Assembly (NCBI RefSeq): GCF_009914755.1
Contig: NC_060932.1
Source of the DNA: the human T2T-CHM13v2.0 reference genome, Homo sapiens
Strand: one strand, 5' to 3'
DNA length: 64,000 bases
This document shows, one piece after another, positions 41,304 to 55,472 of the stretch (within the stretch, counting starts at the first letter, position 1; the number at the start of each line of letters is the position of its first letter). Position numbers and translations under genes: made by a program. The notes beneath the pieces were generated by a model. The model was not told the DNA's origin and made no database searches. It worked only from the letters and a program-made list of their open reading frames with translations.

Positions 41304-41676
41304 TGGTATGGTTTGACTTTGTCCCCACCGAAATCTCACCTTGAATCGTAATCCCCAGCTATTGAGAGAGAGACCTGGTGGGAGACAACAATTGGATCAG
41401 GGGGCAGTTTTCCCCATGCTGTTCTTGGATAGTGAGTGAGTTCTCATGAAATTTGATGGTTTTATGTGCTTGGTAAGTTCCTCCTTCACTCACTCTTCTT
41501 TCTCCTGCTGCCATGTGAAAAAGGTCCTGGCTTCCCCTTTGCCTTCTGCCATGATTGTAAGTTTCCTGAGGCCTCCCCATGTATGCAGAACTGTGAGTCA
41601 ATGAAACCTCTTTTTTATACGTATATTGCCCAGTCTCAGGCAGTTCTTTGTAGCCACGTGAAAATGAACTAATACA
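41304..41676 (+). mobile_element. THE1D-like LTR (third)
   Basis: tggtatggtttgac...gaactgtgagtcaatgaaacctc...gaactaataca. Confidence 0.9.
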
Positions 41677-41712
41677 CCAGCTTACAAAGGTTAGGAAAAC
41701 CTATCCCTGTAA

Positions 41713-42044
<332 letters not shown>

Positions 42045-43969
42045 GGCATCTTTTATTTGATTGCCTTTCCTGGTTTACCTTGCAACAAGGCAAGAGAAGG
42101 CATACTCAGAGATTTGGTGTTCACATCCCTTCCACTCTCAAGCTCTCATAACATGATGTCTCTGAAGCAGTCTGACTGAGCAAAAATTGGATGGATGAGT
42201 TTGGAGATGTGAGATCTTGTTAATTCTTTTTCATTAACTCAACTAATCATTTTGAGAAAATATTTAATTTATCTGCTTATCTTCAAACAGCCTGGTGGAA
42301 CTCAATCAGATTTTCTTAATGTTCCTTGGTTGATGAATACATTTTCAAAAATAAAATTTAAGAAATAAAATGTAAGATGATAAAAGCAAAGCCCTAAGTT
42401 AATAACAGATACTGGTGGAGTGAGAGGTCTGCTAAAGTTCCAGACACTGAGACCCACCCTCTCCTGCTTGTGTTCTCTGAGGCACTTCCACAGAATGACA
42501 AGTTCTCCATAAAGAGTCATTGGGAAGCTCCTAGACAAAACAATGTCTCACGTCTATGCTAGGTCTAAAGTCACTTGAATTTTTGTTTCTCTTAAATTAT
42601 GTACTAGAGCCCAATTCATTAAAAATAAAATAAAAATTATCAGTATTATTTATTTTCATTTCAGCCACCAACACAGCACAATGAAACACATTGCTGGCTG
42701 GGTTTCAGCCATGGCTATGCCATTCAAAAATTGCTGGGACTTTGGTTAAGTCACTTATGCTTTGTGTTTTCATCTGTAAAATGAGTATCTCAGGTTAGAA
42801 TACCTCTAAGATCGCTTACAGATTCCTCATTCCAGAATCCAACCTTTTCTAAGCAATCCTTCCCCATCTATTAGCAGTTCATTTAGAAATCCTTTTATGA
42901 AAGGACAATTTTTCAGTATAGATTACACTGTAATGATTAGGTGGGAAGTGTGTGCCCTAATAGCCAGAATACAGTTAAGTGTATTTTTGTAAATATGCAA
43001 ACTCCTCATTTGTCTTTATGAGGTCCCATTTGTCTTTTGGCATTTTGATGAGTAAACCAATGCCAAACCAATTTAGAACAAGTAAAATATGTTATCATGA
43101 GATATTTGTTTTGTCAATTGTACTCACAAAGTCCCTCTCTCTCTCTCTCTCTCTTCCTCTCTTTCTTTTAGTCTGTTCTTTCTGAATAATTACCAGACAG
43201 CTGCAAGTCAGGGATAACAGAGATTCCACATCCAATAACATGGTAAGTAGACATGCGTGAACCAAGTTGGAGAGGAAAACGAATAAATGGGAACAAATAC
43301 AGGAAAAGGGGAAGAAAGACAATGGCACAAAGAAATAAAATTCCCCTTCTTACTCCCCTTTATCAAACTTTCAAGCCAAAAATATACACAGTGACAGCTC
43401 CAGATGGAGAAATAACAGTCTGTTTGCCATCTGCAGAGACAAAACAGTACAGTGAATCTTCAATTTAAAACCGAAAGTCATTAGGAATAGAGTTAAATAA
43501 CGTATGTCAGAATTAAGGGATTTAGTACAAAACCCTTTGCTAAGACCCTGGGGTGCCTCTGTGTGGTTATGTGTGGTTCAGAGAGTGAAAATTAAATCCT
43601 TTGACAACTAGAAAATAAATGTGGGGCTCACTAAGGGGTAGTAAATAGGAGACTTTAAGTGAAAATCATACATTACTGAGGAGCGGGTGGAGGAGAATTA
43701 ACGAACTTGCCCTGAAGCATTTGGTGATTTTATGAGACTAAATATAGATATCTTCCACTGAAGCCTAACTGTCTTCACTCAGAGGACGTATGTGTTGCAT
43801 AATTAAAGAAGATCAGAGCTAATTCAGAAAGCCAGCTGAGAAAAATGCTGCTGAGCAATTGTTATTTTTGAGATTCTATAATCAAGGTCATCCTCAGGGG
43901 TATGGAATGAGAAACAAATGACTCTGGGTGGTACTCCATTGCTATCATTCCAATTCCATGTGCAGTGTG

Positions 43970-45050
43970 CCTAGGAAATCACATGGACATTGCAGCCAGA
44001 AAGACCTGGATTTATATCTCTTTACTACTATTCATGGGCTGGGTTGCTTTGGGCAAGTTTCTTAATCTATCTGGTCTCAGCTCTCTTCATCTATAAGATG
44101 TTGATCGCAAAAACACAGAGAGGGCTTAATGTGCTAGGTACTACTGTAAGTGTTTCACATATAATAGTCATTTAATTTTTACAAGAACCCTAGGAAGATA
44201 GCACTCTTATTAGCCTTATTTTACAAATGAGAAAATTGAGTCACAGAGAGATTAAATTTCTTTTTTAAGATTGCACAGCTAATAAGTGGTAGAGATGTGA
44301 TCCTTGAAAGTAAAACTCCAGAGAACTTACGTAACCATAACACAAGGTTGTTACAATCTTCAAGAGAATGTTGGAAAGCACTCAAAACAATGGCTCATAT
44401 TAGAAACCCAACAAATATTAACATGTTCATTTTCTTCCCGATCAATAATTTATTTACTAAGCATTTTAAAAGATGTTAATATATATCTGAAACCATGCCA
44501 GATCATAAAGCTAACATTTTTCACTCTCTATTATCTCATTTAATTCTTATAATTATACGCATCTATGACATAAATGCCGATATTATCAGGGATGCTGGTC
44601 TTTGCAATTCCCTTTGCATGAAATGCTTTTGTGATAGATAGCCACATGGCTCATCTCTATGCCATTTAATTTTCTGGGACAACTTTCCTAAACACCATAT
44701 TTAAAATATTAGACTTCATCATCTTATCTCCCCTTACCTTGCTTTATTTTGCTTTAGAACATAAAAGAATCTGGATATATATGCTGTCTTTCTTTCTCAA
44801 AATAATGAAAGCTTCATTAAGGCAGGAATTTTGTCTGTTTTGCTAACCTCTGTTCTGTATCACCAGTACCATTAGATACCTATTTAGTGAATAAATGAAT
44901 GAATGAATGATATCCATTTTGCAGTTGAAGAAATTGAGACACAAAAAGTTTCTTGACTTCCCAAAGCTGCACAGATAGAAAGTGGTAGACCTAGAACTAG
45001 AATCTAAACTTAGGCAGACCCACTGGAGCTAGTATTAGCCACTATGCAAC
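43970..45050. mobile_element. MIR cluster (+ ~43970-44110, - ~44120-44310, - ~44440-45050), the last split by a + strand L2 3' end (~44590-44910)
   Basis: MIR cores (ttgggcaagtttcttaatct; attttacaaatgagaaaattgagtcacagagag) and the L2 terminus tgaataaatgaatgaatgaatga. Confidence 0.7.
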
Positions 45051-45198
45051 CTTGAGGGATGCAGAGATACATAAGATGCAGCTCCTGCTCTCAAGGTGCC
45101 TACAGTGCAATGGTGAAGTCTCATACACAAGAATCCTCTTTCATTATGCATGGATCCTTTCATCTAAGATGCATTGAGCATCTTGAAGTTAAAAGTTA

Positions 45199-45870
45199 CA
45201 GTAGTTCCCCATTTTCTCAGGAGAATATGTTCCAAGACCTTCACTGGATGCTGCATATATGAAACCGCATATAGTATCAAACCTGATTGCCATCAGTCAG
45301 AACATATTCCTATTCATTTCTTGCATCCACAAATTTAACGCCTTTCCATCTCAACTAAGCACTTATGCACTGTGGCCATAACTTTTGCAGTTTGAGGTGT
45401 GACAGCAAAACTAGCATAAATTTATTTTTTCTTCTTCACAACTTCAGGAATAGAAGATTCACTCTTACCTTAGATCTTAACAACCTCAGCATACATTTTT
45501 TTTTTCTTAAGTGGAGAGCTTTTACCCTTTCACTTAAAGTAAGCACTTTATGGCTGCTCTTTGGCTATTGAGACTGTCAGCATCACTGCTCTTATGCTTT
45601 GGGACTATTATTAAGTAAAATAAGTATTTCTTGAACACAAGCACTGCAATACTGTGACAGTTGATCTGATAACTGAGATAGCCTCTAAGTGACTCATGGG
45701 CAGGCAGAGTATACAGCTTGGTTATGCTGGACAAAGGAACAATTCATGTCTCTGAGCAGGATGGAGAGGGACAGTGTGAGATTTTCTCCATGTTACTCAA
45801 AATAGCATGCAATTTAAAACTCATGAATTGTTTATTTCTGGAATTTTCCATTTAATATTTTCTGACTATC
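45199..45870. mobile_element. MER44/Tigger7-type DNA transposon relic
   Basis: ta|cagtagttcccc...atgttccaagacc...tggatgc...gaaaccgcatatagtatcaaacc; ends ttatttctggaattttccatttaatattttc. Confidence 0.8.
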
Positions 45871-46429
45871 TATCTGTTTGGTAACCAATTTCTCATGGTA
45901 TTCCTCAAGTTTCCCAACCTTTCTCACATCACGGAACATGCAGAAAATGACAATATTTTAATGGTACACTGGGTAAGTAGGTGAAGCCATTAATAGTTGC
46001 CTCCCAAAAGCCTCCAGCTGGCAGATCCCACAAACCAAACCTTTGCCTCTGCCCTAGTGCTGAAGAGAAACATATTGTGGCCACTTGTAAACCATTCATG
46101 GCACATATATGAGCCACAAGATACCATTTAGGAAGTATAGCAACGTAGGACTTAAAAAATAGGTAGTTTTTTATTTATAGGGAATATTGTGTTTCCTCCC
46201 CATGTGACTTTAGTTTTTTTGGTTGTTTTTATCAGTACAAGGATTACTGCATAACACTTCTGAGGGGAAGGAAATAGTGAATTTGAAACAGCAGCCTAGT
46301 ATACTTTTTAGAAGGCTAGAATCACAGAGAAGTTTGATTTCCCCCAAAATGCATGACAGTATGTCCTGGAGACTTTGAGTTAAACCTCCTATTCTTGGCA
46401 TGAAGTCCTAAGAGTCTCTAGAAGCAAAT

Positions 46430-46515
46430 GAAGGAAAGAAAGAGAGAAAGCAAAGAAGAGAGAGAGGGAGAGAAAAGAGAGGAGAGAGACAGAGAAAGAG
46501 AGAGAGAGAAAGCAG
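46430..46515. repeat. GA-rich low-complexity tract
   Basis: Directly visible. Confidence 0.9.
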
Positions 46516-47244
46516 GAAATTAGCAAACTGTGCTGTGACTATTGCTGATTGTTCTTAATTAAGTCTCACTAAGCTCTGAATGACCCTTCTAAAAAGGAAA
46601 TTTAGACACATTTCAACAAGGGCTAAAAACATATAATGTTGAAAACATTTTTGTTTCTCTAAAAAGGATATTTATCTAGTGTATTAATGTGCAAAAAAGG
46701 GGCTATCTTGTTGATCATGCTCCAGTGGGGTCATGAACATATTGTTGAATACAACCATAGCTCATCATCTCTGCCTTAAGGGGATAATAATGAATTCACA
46801 TACCTGCCTTTTCTAGAGTCAGGACTTTTTGGTGAATTTCAACGTGTCTGTGTCTGCCTCTGAGTCCCAGTGAGCTCTCTCAGCTTGAGGTCTACAACTA
46901 AATGGAGATATTAAAGAAGGAAAAAGGATAAATCCCATCTTTGGTAGAAGGCTTCAAGCAGTACAGATAAGCCTTAAAGGTTGCTTAGCATCCTTTTAGA
47001 TAAGGAATATAATAGATGTCCCAGATAAAAGAAAAGCATGGTTATGAAAGAAACCCAGGCCTAAGTTTTGGAAACATCTAAAACACTTGCAATAAATTTA
47101 TTTTTCAGAATTTCAACATCTTCAGAAAAATAATGAGATTGGACTAACCCACTGATTTCCAAAGGGCGCATCACTGACAGACCTCAGAGGCTGCCTTGTC
47201 ATAGATTATGGAGGATGTGTGGAGACAGGACAGAGGATCTACAG

Positions 47245-47606
47245 TGTATTAGTCTGTTCTTACCCTGCTAATAAAGACTTACCCAAGACTGGGTAATTTA
47301 TAAAGAAAAAGAGGTTTAATGGACTCACAGTTCCATATGGCTGGGGAGGCCTTACAATCATGGTGGAAGGCAAAGGAGGAGCAAAGGCACATCTTACATG
47401 GTGGCAAGCAAGGGAGTGTGTGCAGGGGAACTGCCCTTTATAAAACCACCAGATCTCATGAAACTTATTCGCTATCACGAGAACAGCATGTGAAAACCTC
47501 CCCTATTATTCAGTTAGCTCCCACTGGTCCCTCCCACAACATATGGGGATTATGGGAGCTACAATTCAAGATGAGATTTGGGCGGGGACACAGCCAAACC
47601 ATATCA
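47245..47606 (-). mobile_element. THE1B/C solo LTR
   Basis: tgtattagtctgttct...ccaaaccatatca; TSD tacag/tatag. Confidence 0.93.
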
Positions 47607-48029
47607 TATAGGTAGTTTTTCCCCACTCTAGCAGAGAAGCTCCACTTTCCTCTGTATTGTATTGAGATCTTCTCAGTAAGATTTTATTTGAATAAAAGGG
47701 CAAGCTGCTTTAGAAATCTTTGCAAAATTTCTCACTCAACAATAGCTAAGGGCCATGTTGTTTTTCAAAAGCAGTGGCATCTCATTTTAGACTTCTCCCC
47801 TAGAAGTTTGAGCTGAGTTTAACTTGTCAAGGTCCTAAATATCATACCTGAAAATGTTGAAACTCTTTAAGGTTTCCACACAAAATCCAAATTACTCTGA
47901 AATTTATCCTCTCATTGTTTCATGGTGCTTCTACCAGCTGTTGGCTTTGATGAGCATAATAGGTCCAATCTGTAGCTTAAGAAATTATATTTTTGAGGAC
48001 ATTCAAGCCCCTTGCTGAAATCCTTAACA

Positions 48030-49140
48030 GAGTACATTCTCACACATTATTGATAAAAATCTAAAAATACGTTTACCCTATGTCCAGTAATTGCTCTTGG
48101 GATACCCAATCCTATAGTTTGAATGGGTTCACTAAAGTTCATGTGCTGGTAACTTAATTCCTAATGCATTGGCAGAAGTTGACAAATAAGACATAATTAG
48201 ATAATGAAGGTTCTGCCTTCATCAATGGATTAATGCTGTATTCTTGGGACTGGGTTAGTTATTGCAAGGATGGACTTGTTATAAAAGTGTATTTAGCCTC
48301 CTCTTCTTTCTCTCACTCTCACCCTCCTTTGCTTTTCTGTCTTCTACCATAGGATGACTCAGCACAAAAATCCCTTGTCTGATGCAGGCACCATGCCCTT
48401 GGACTTCCATGTCCCCAGAACTATGAACTATACAAACTTCTTTTCTTTATAAGTTACTCAGTCTTTAGTATTCTGTTATAGCAACACAAAGTGAACTAAG
48501 ATACCTATTCTGGTCATAAAAGCACAAAACGAACATAAGAATACTACTCATAACATTGTTTGTACTGGGAAAAATTAGAAATGACTTAAATGTCTAACAA
48601 AAAGGAATAGATTAAAAACTAATAAATACATATGATAGACTAGAAGTTCAAATAAGTAAATTGTGTCTACTTGTAACAGTATGAAAAGTTCCCCAAACAG
48701 TACTTTAAAATTTTAAAAAGTGAATGGTAGAATGTTACATACATTACAAAGCAGGTAATGCAAAATGTAAATTGAAAAATTATATTTCATATTTTTATAA
48801 GTATGTATATAGAATACAGAAAAGACTGGAAGGATTCACCCAAATTTAAAATAATATTGTTCTTGAAGGAGGATGTGTGGTTTTGAGATGGAAAAATGTT
48901 TAGGAAAAGGCTGTGTTTAGAGACAGAGGTCAAGTGGGACTTTAAAATTTAACCAGAATGCTGTAGATGTTTTTGAAAAAGGTAAATACTATCTGTACAT
49001 ATATTACTTATATAATTTTAAAACAATAATATGCCTAAAAAAATGACTGGAACCAGTAGTGCCAAATTGTGAGTGGTAGTTTATTTTGACAGGTAGAAAT
49101 ATGTGTTATTGTTGTTCTACATCCTTTCCTATATTTAAAT
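48030..49140 (+). mobile_element. Old L1ME 3' fragment hosting an MST LTR
   Basis: taccctatgtccagtaattgctc...aacattgtttgtac...cttaaatgtctaacaaaaaggaatagatt. Confidence 0.55.
48110..48503 (+). mobile_element. MSTB/MSTC-type MaLR solo LTR
   Basis: ctatagtttgaatg...aaagttcatgtgctgg...ccttggacttcc...ttctgttatagcaacacaaagtgaactaagata. Confidence 0.85.
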
Positions 49141-50789
49141 TCCATGACTGCATCCAAGCCCCTATGCTTAAAAACAAAGTTTTCATTAAGGCAGGGCTTA
49201 TAGTATCTGGTGCTTAATTTTAATCAATTAAGTTTCTCCTGATCAATTTCAGCAATGCACTCTGCAGTCACTCAGCCACTAGCAGCATCCGTATTACAGG
49301 CAAGCCACACCTAATGTGACAAGACTGTGAAACAGACCTGTGTGAACAAACGTTTAGACTGAGTGGGCCTTAGAAAGTCAATGGACACACACAGTTCATC
49401 TTATGTAAAGAGGGAACAAAAAAGAAGGTAACAAAGTAACAAAAAATTAAGTTTTCTCCCCTGTGGTTGTACTGGATAGCAAATCAGGAGACAGAAGAGA
49501 GAGCTGAACTTGAATGCAAGAGGGAATATTTTGACTGAAATTGAGTGCAACAGAAAATTATAGGTCATGTCAAAGATTTTGTGCATCAGGGAAGGCATGA
49601 TATGCTTCAAGGTTGTAAACCAAAGCAACACAGGTCACATCTCTTAGGAGCACTTGGAAGAAGGTATATAACAATGATGTGCAAACTGAGGTCACCCAGA
49701 AGTTCTTACTCTCTAGCACACCTCAAGCAGCCTGCACAGGTAGTACTTAATAGGGTGTCATAGAGCATTTTCTGCTTATTAAATTTCTTAAAATAACTTT
49801 GTGGCAAAAGAGCTTATCCTCAATTTCAGGAACTTGCTGGAGGTCTAAGATGAGAGACTATGCCACCTGACAATTTCCTTCAAAGACAATGGACCAGGGG
49901 GCTTTGAAAATTTGAACCTAGTTTGACAGGATGAACCGATGTGTTCTGATGTAAAACCAGCCCCTCTTCCGGAGAGAAAAGATGTGGCTTCTAGGACAGA
50001 AATTATCACATTATGTTATAATTGTTAGTTTCCCTGATGAGCTTGCATACTGAGCTATAAACTGCTTGAAGGCCAAGACATGACATTATTGATCAGTGTT
50101 TCCACAGTACCTGGTATAGACCTTGGAGCACAGAATATCTGTAATATGATTTTCACTGATGAATGAGTTTCAGCATCTTTTATTGGGGTTGCATGCTTAC
50201 ATCATCCAAAATTCATTCTCCCTCAAATATGTATGACTTTCACAAGCCTTGCTTCCTCTTACCAGTGTATCTGCAAAATGAGGATAATGTGTCAATTATT
50301 TCTTGACACAAGCCATTGTGCTAACATACCCTAGGCTCATCCTCCAGATATGAGTTGTGGCTGGGCAACACTGGATGGCAGAGTGGTAATAAGTTAACTG
50401 TCTATGGCCCCAAAGAAGAATCAGAAATTCAGCTCATTCTTCAGGTTTGATTTTCCAGCTGTTTTCTCATAAGATATTCTCAAAAAGAGGTCTAAAAGGA
50501 GCATCCTTACTGCCCTGGACCTAGAGCCGTTGAATGAGTGGACTAAATGTTTTGGCTTATGAAAGGCATAAAGAAAAACTCACCAAATCAGGGTGAGAAC
50601 TTGGTGCTTAGCAAGCAAAGAATTAGCCCAAAGACAGTGGAACAGGGAGAGGAGAAAAGGCCTTGGTTTACTGGGGAGTGGTGGTAAAGATGAGAGACAC
50701 AGCAACAAAGAGAGAGTGAAACTCAGACTCCCAAAGAAAAATGGAAAGAGACACATAAATAGAAAAGATCAAGCCAATTTTCTCACTTC

Positions 50790-51610
<821 letters not shown>

Positions 51611-52676
51611 ACCAGTGTCCTAATCCCAGACACCACAAATTCCATGCACTCACTCTCATGACACTTCGAAGTCCGTTGTCTTTTAATCTTATTCCTTTGA
51701 AGACTGGGAAAAGAGAGTCAGGTGGCATCAGTCTGGGGTCCAGGTAGACCTCCTGCTGGGTAGCAGAGAGAAGAAAAGAGGGACCCAGCCAGATGAAAAA
51801 TTATAGCCTAAACTTCTGAATTGGGATCTGTGCCCCATGCTTGACAAACACAAGCTGTCACATTGTCTAGCTGTCCTTGCCAGCAGGCATGTGGCAATGT
51901 TTTAATAAGTTGCTACTTTGGACTGGCCCAATGTAAGCAGGTCTTTTGCTTATTTCTATTTTTTGGAAGCAGACTGAGTGGCAACTACCAGGCTGTCTGG
52001 TGGCAGAGAAACATAAGCTCCGCCTTGGAACCAGGAAAACTCCAAGTTTTACAAATCACCCAAGGGAGAGAGCCAGCAGGCTTTGGAAATTTATCTAATA
52101 ACATGTGTCTAGAGTTGGGACATATCTAGACAAACCAGGGTCTAAGTTCCAGCTCTCCACTTATTTTATTCATCATGGACTTCCTCAATTCCATATCTTT
52201 GCTTATCATTTTCGTTCTACCTGGACCTATTCATCTTCAGGCTTGATCTTCCTCTAGCTATTTTCAACTCCCCTTTTACCTTTTTCCCAGTGCTTATCAA
52301 TGACAGCCCCTACTCTTATTATAAATTCCTGGTTTGTTGAGCTTCCTTTTGGCCTTATCCCTCTCCTACTGCATTCTCTGTCATCAAATTGTAGATATCA
52401 TCTCCCTTTTGTCATTGCTCCATGTCAGAACTCCATCATCAAATATGGATTAATATTATGGCTCTAATATAATATGGAATTAGTATAGAATGCATAACCT
52501 ATGACAGGTATCATTCTAAGTGCTTACTTACATGGATTATTTTAATCCTCACAACAGCCTTATCAGATAGACACAGTGAATATTTTCATTTTTCAGATGT
52601 GGAAGCAGAGGCAAAGAAAATAAATAAGTGGTGGAACCAGCAATAGGATGCTGAGCCCATGTTTCTTAACTTCTTC

Positions 52677-52978
52677 TTTTTTTTGGAGGTGGGGACAGTG
52701 TCTCGCTCTGTCGCCCAGGCTGGAGTGGAGTGGTGCGATCTCGGCTCACTGCAAGCTCCGCCTCCCCGGTTTCACGCCATACTCAGGAATATGCTCAGCC
52801 TCCCAAGTAGCTGGGACTACAGGCACCCGCCACCACACCCGGATAATTTTTTCTATTTTTAGTAGAGATGGGGTTTCACTGTGTTAGCCAGGATGGTCTC
52901 GATCTTCTGACCTCATAAGCCGCCCATGTTGGCCTACCAAAGTGCTGGGATTACAGGTGTGAGCCACTGTGCCCAGAC
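52677..52978 (-). mobile_element. AluY-like, inserted at the end of a MIR (~52490-52676)
   Basis: ctgcaagctccgcc and gtgttagccaggatggtctcgatc; 16-bp TSD GTTTCTTAACTTCTTC (52661-52676, 52979-52994). Confidence 0.95.
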
Positions 52979-53800
52979 GTTTCTTAACTTCTTCACCACA
53001 TTAGCTCTGTCCCCATCTGAGTCACTTTCCTCCACTCTGTCTTCTATGTTGAGGTGATGTCATCTTTCCAAAGCAGAGATCTGATTATTTATACTCTGTT
53101 CTACCTGCTACTTAGTAAGCACCAGAGAATAGAAAGCCCTTCCTGTCTTTATCTTAGTGGGCAGAATCAGACATAAGCAGAACTTAGGGGATTCTAAGTT
53201 TTAGATTCCATTCTGAAAGATCAAAGTATCTAGAGATATAGGAACTTTCAAGACATAAACTATTACTGTTTATGTAACAGTAGCAACTCTGGGTGTATGC
53301 TTTCTTGTGGAATTTTCGAAAAGGAATTTTAGATAAGATTTTAAGTTTCCTCTAAGACACAAGGATAGATTTGCTGAGGCAGGTGAGTGATTTTCCTGAG
53401 ATGAGAAGTGCCCTGACTAATGGGAAATAGTCCAGAAGTGTGACCATATACACTTGACCTCCATAAACAAGAATCTCAGACCTGTAGAGCTGAAATCAGT
53501 AATTCAACTAAAAAAAAAATCTTAGTCATGTTCAAGGGCGATAAAGATACCCTATTCTTCCCAAGATATAGGAATGGAGTTATTTTCCTTTAAGTAGACC
53601 ATAAATTCTCTGATAACACTTTTCTATGACCGATAATATTGTAGGATATTATTTCTCAGGTGATAAACAGTAAGTAAGACTGGCTTCAGTGAATGAGGCA
53701 TTCAGTGATAACTACCTCACGTGTGTTGCCTCGTTTGATTAATACACATGTGCATGTATAAATAGAGGGTTTATTATTACCTCCGTTTTACAGATAGAGG

Positions 53801-55472
53801 TGAGAGGTGACAGCGTGCTGGCGCCCTCCCAGCCCTCACTCGCTCTAGGCGCCTCCTCGGCGCCCACTCTGGCCACGCTTGAGGAGCCCTTCAGCCCGCC
53901 GCTGCACTGTGGGAGCCCCTTTCTGGGTTGGCTGAGGCGGGAGCCAGCTCCCTCAGCTTCCAGGGAGGTGTAGAGGGCGAGGCGCGGGCGGAAACCAGGG
54001 CTTCGCGCGGTACTCACGGGCCAGCGCGAGTTCCGGGTGGGCTGCGCACTCCTAGCGGCAGGCTGGCGCCAAAGGCCCCGGGCAGTGAGGGGTTTAGCAC
54101 CCGGGCCAGCAGCTGTGGAGGGCACACCGGGTCCCCCAGCAGTGCCAGGCGCTGTCACTGCACTCGAATTCTTGCCCGGCCTCAGCTGCCTCCCCGCAGG
54201 GCAGGGCTTGGGACCTGCAGCCCGCCATGCCTGAGCCTCTCCCCAGGCCGTGGTCTCCTGAGTGGCCATAGCCTCCCCGACGAGCACCGCCCCCTGCTCC
54301 AAGGCGTCTGGCCCCATTGACTGCCCAAGGGCTGAGGAGTGCGGGCGCGCGGTGCAGGACTGGCAGGCAGCTCCACCTGCACCCCAGTGCCTGATCCACT
54401 GGGTGAAGCCAGCTGGGCTCCTGAGTCTAGTGGGGGCTTGGAGAACCTTTATGTCTAGCTAAGGGATTGTAAATACACCAATCAGCACTCTGTGTCTAGC
54501 TCAAGGTTCATGAATGCACCAATCAGCGCTCTGTATCTAGCTAATCTGGTGGGAACTTGGAGAACCTTTATGTCTAGCTAAGGGATTGTAAATACACCAA
54601 TCAGCACTCTGTGTCTAGCTCAAGGTTTGTAAACACACCAATCAGCACCCTGTGTCTATCTCAAGGTTTGTAAATGCACCAATCAGCACTCTGTGTCTAG
54701 CTAATCTGGTGGGGACTTGGAGAACCTTTATGTCTAGCTAAGGGATTGTTAATACACCAATCAGCACTCTGTGTCTAGCTCAAGATTTGCAAGCACACCA
54801 ATCAGCACCCTGTGTCTAGCTCAAGATTTGTAAGTGCACCAATCAGTGCTCTGTGGGGACTTGGAGAACTTTTGTGTCTAGCTCAGGGATTGTAAACACA
54901 CCAATCAGCACCTTGTCAAAACGGACCAATCAGCTGTCTGTAAAACAGACCAATCAGCTCTCTGTAAAATGGATCAATCAGCAGGATGTGGGTGGGGCCA
55001 GATAAGGGAATAAAAGCAGGCTGCCCGAGCCAGCAGTGGCAATGCACTTGGGTCACCTTCCACACTGTGGAAACTTTGTTCTTTTGCTCTTTGCAATAAA
55101 TCTTGCTGCTGCTCACTCTTTAGGTCCTTCCTGCCTTTATGAGCTATTACACTCACCGTGAAGGGCTGCAACTTCACTCCTGAGGCCAGAGAGACCAAGA
55201 ACCCACCAGGAGGAATGAACAACTCCAGAGGGGAGGAACAAACAACTATAGACGTGCCGCCTTAAGAGCTGTAACACTCACTGTGAAGGTCTGCAGCTTC
55301 ACTCCTGAAGCCAGTGAGACCACAAACCCACCAGAAGGAAAAAACTCTGAACATGTCCGAACATCAGACGGAACAAACTCTGGACACATCAAGAACTATA
55401 ACACTCACCGCGAGGGTCCGCGGCTTCATTCTTGAAGTTAGTGAGACCAAGAACCCACCCATTCTGGACACA
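53801..55472 (+). mobile_element. LTR12C-like (HERV9) solo LTR, 1672 bp, inserted in a MIR
   Basis: tgagaggtgacagcgtgctggc...attctggacaca; 4-bp TSD GAGG; the MIR core ttttacagatagagg|gacc...attaaacaacttgctccaag is split. Confidence 0.96.
54440..55100 (+). promoter_or_regulatory. LTR12 U3 tandem-repeat enhancer and core promoter
   Basis: ~40-bp subrepeats with 11 CCAAT boxes (54478-54954), GATAA at 55001, TATA-like AATAAAA at 55009-55015 and AATAAA at 55095-55100. Activity is inferred from the family, not shown. Confidence 0.75.

Noticed and set aside
38262-41672. Dense cluster of 60-130 aa ORFs in the THE1 array
   Set aside because: Decayed MaLR internal and LTR sequence; the reading frames are not preserved between the two copies.
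53739-54462. Overlapping 192, 130 and 101-aa ORFs and an apparent CpG island
   Set aside because: Explained by the GC-rich U3 of LTR12; not a cellular gene or gene promoter island.
54440-54980. Regularly spaced ~40-bp repeats resembling a CRISPR array
   Set aside because: No unique spacers and no cas genes; these are the known LTR12 enhancer subrepeats in primate DNA.
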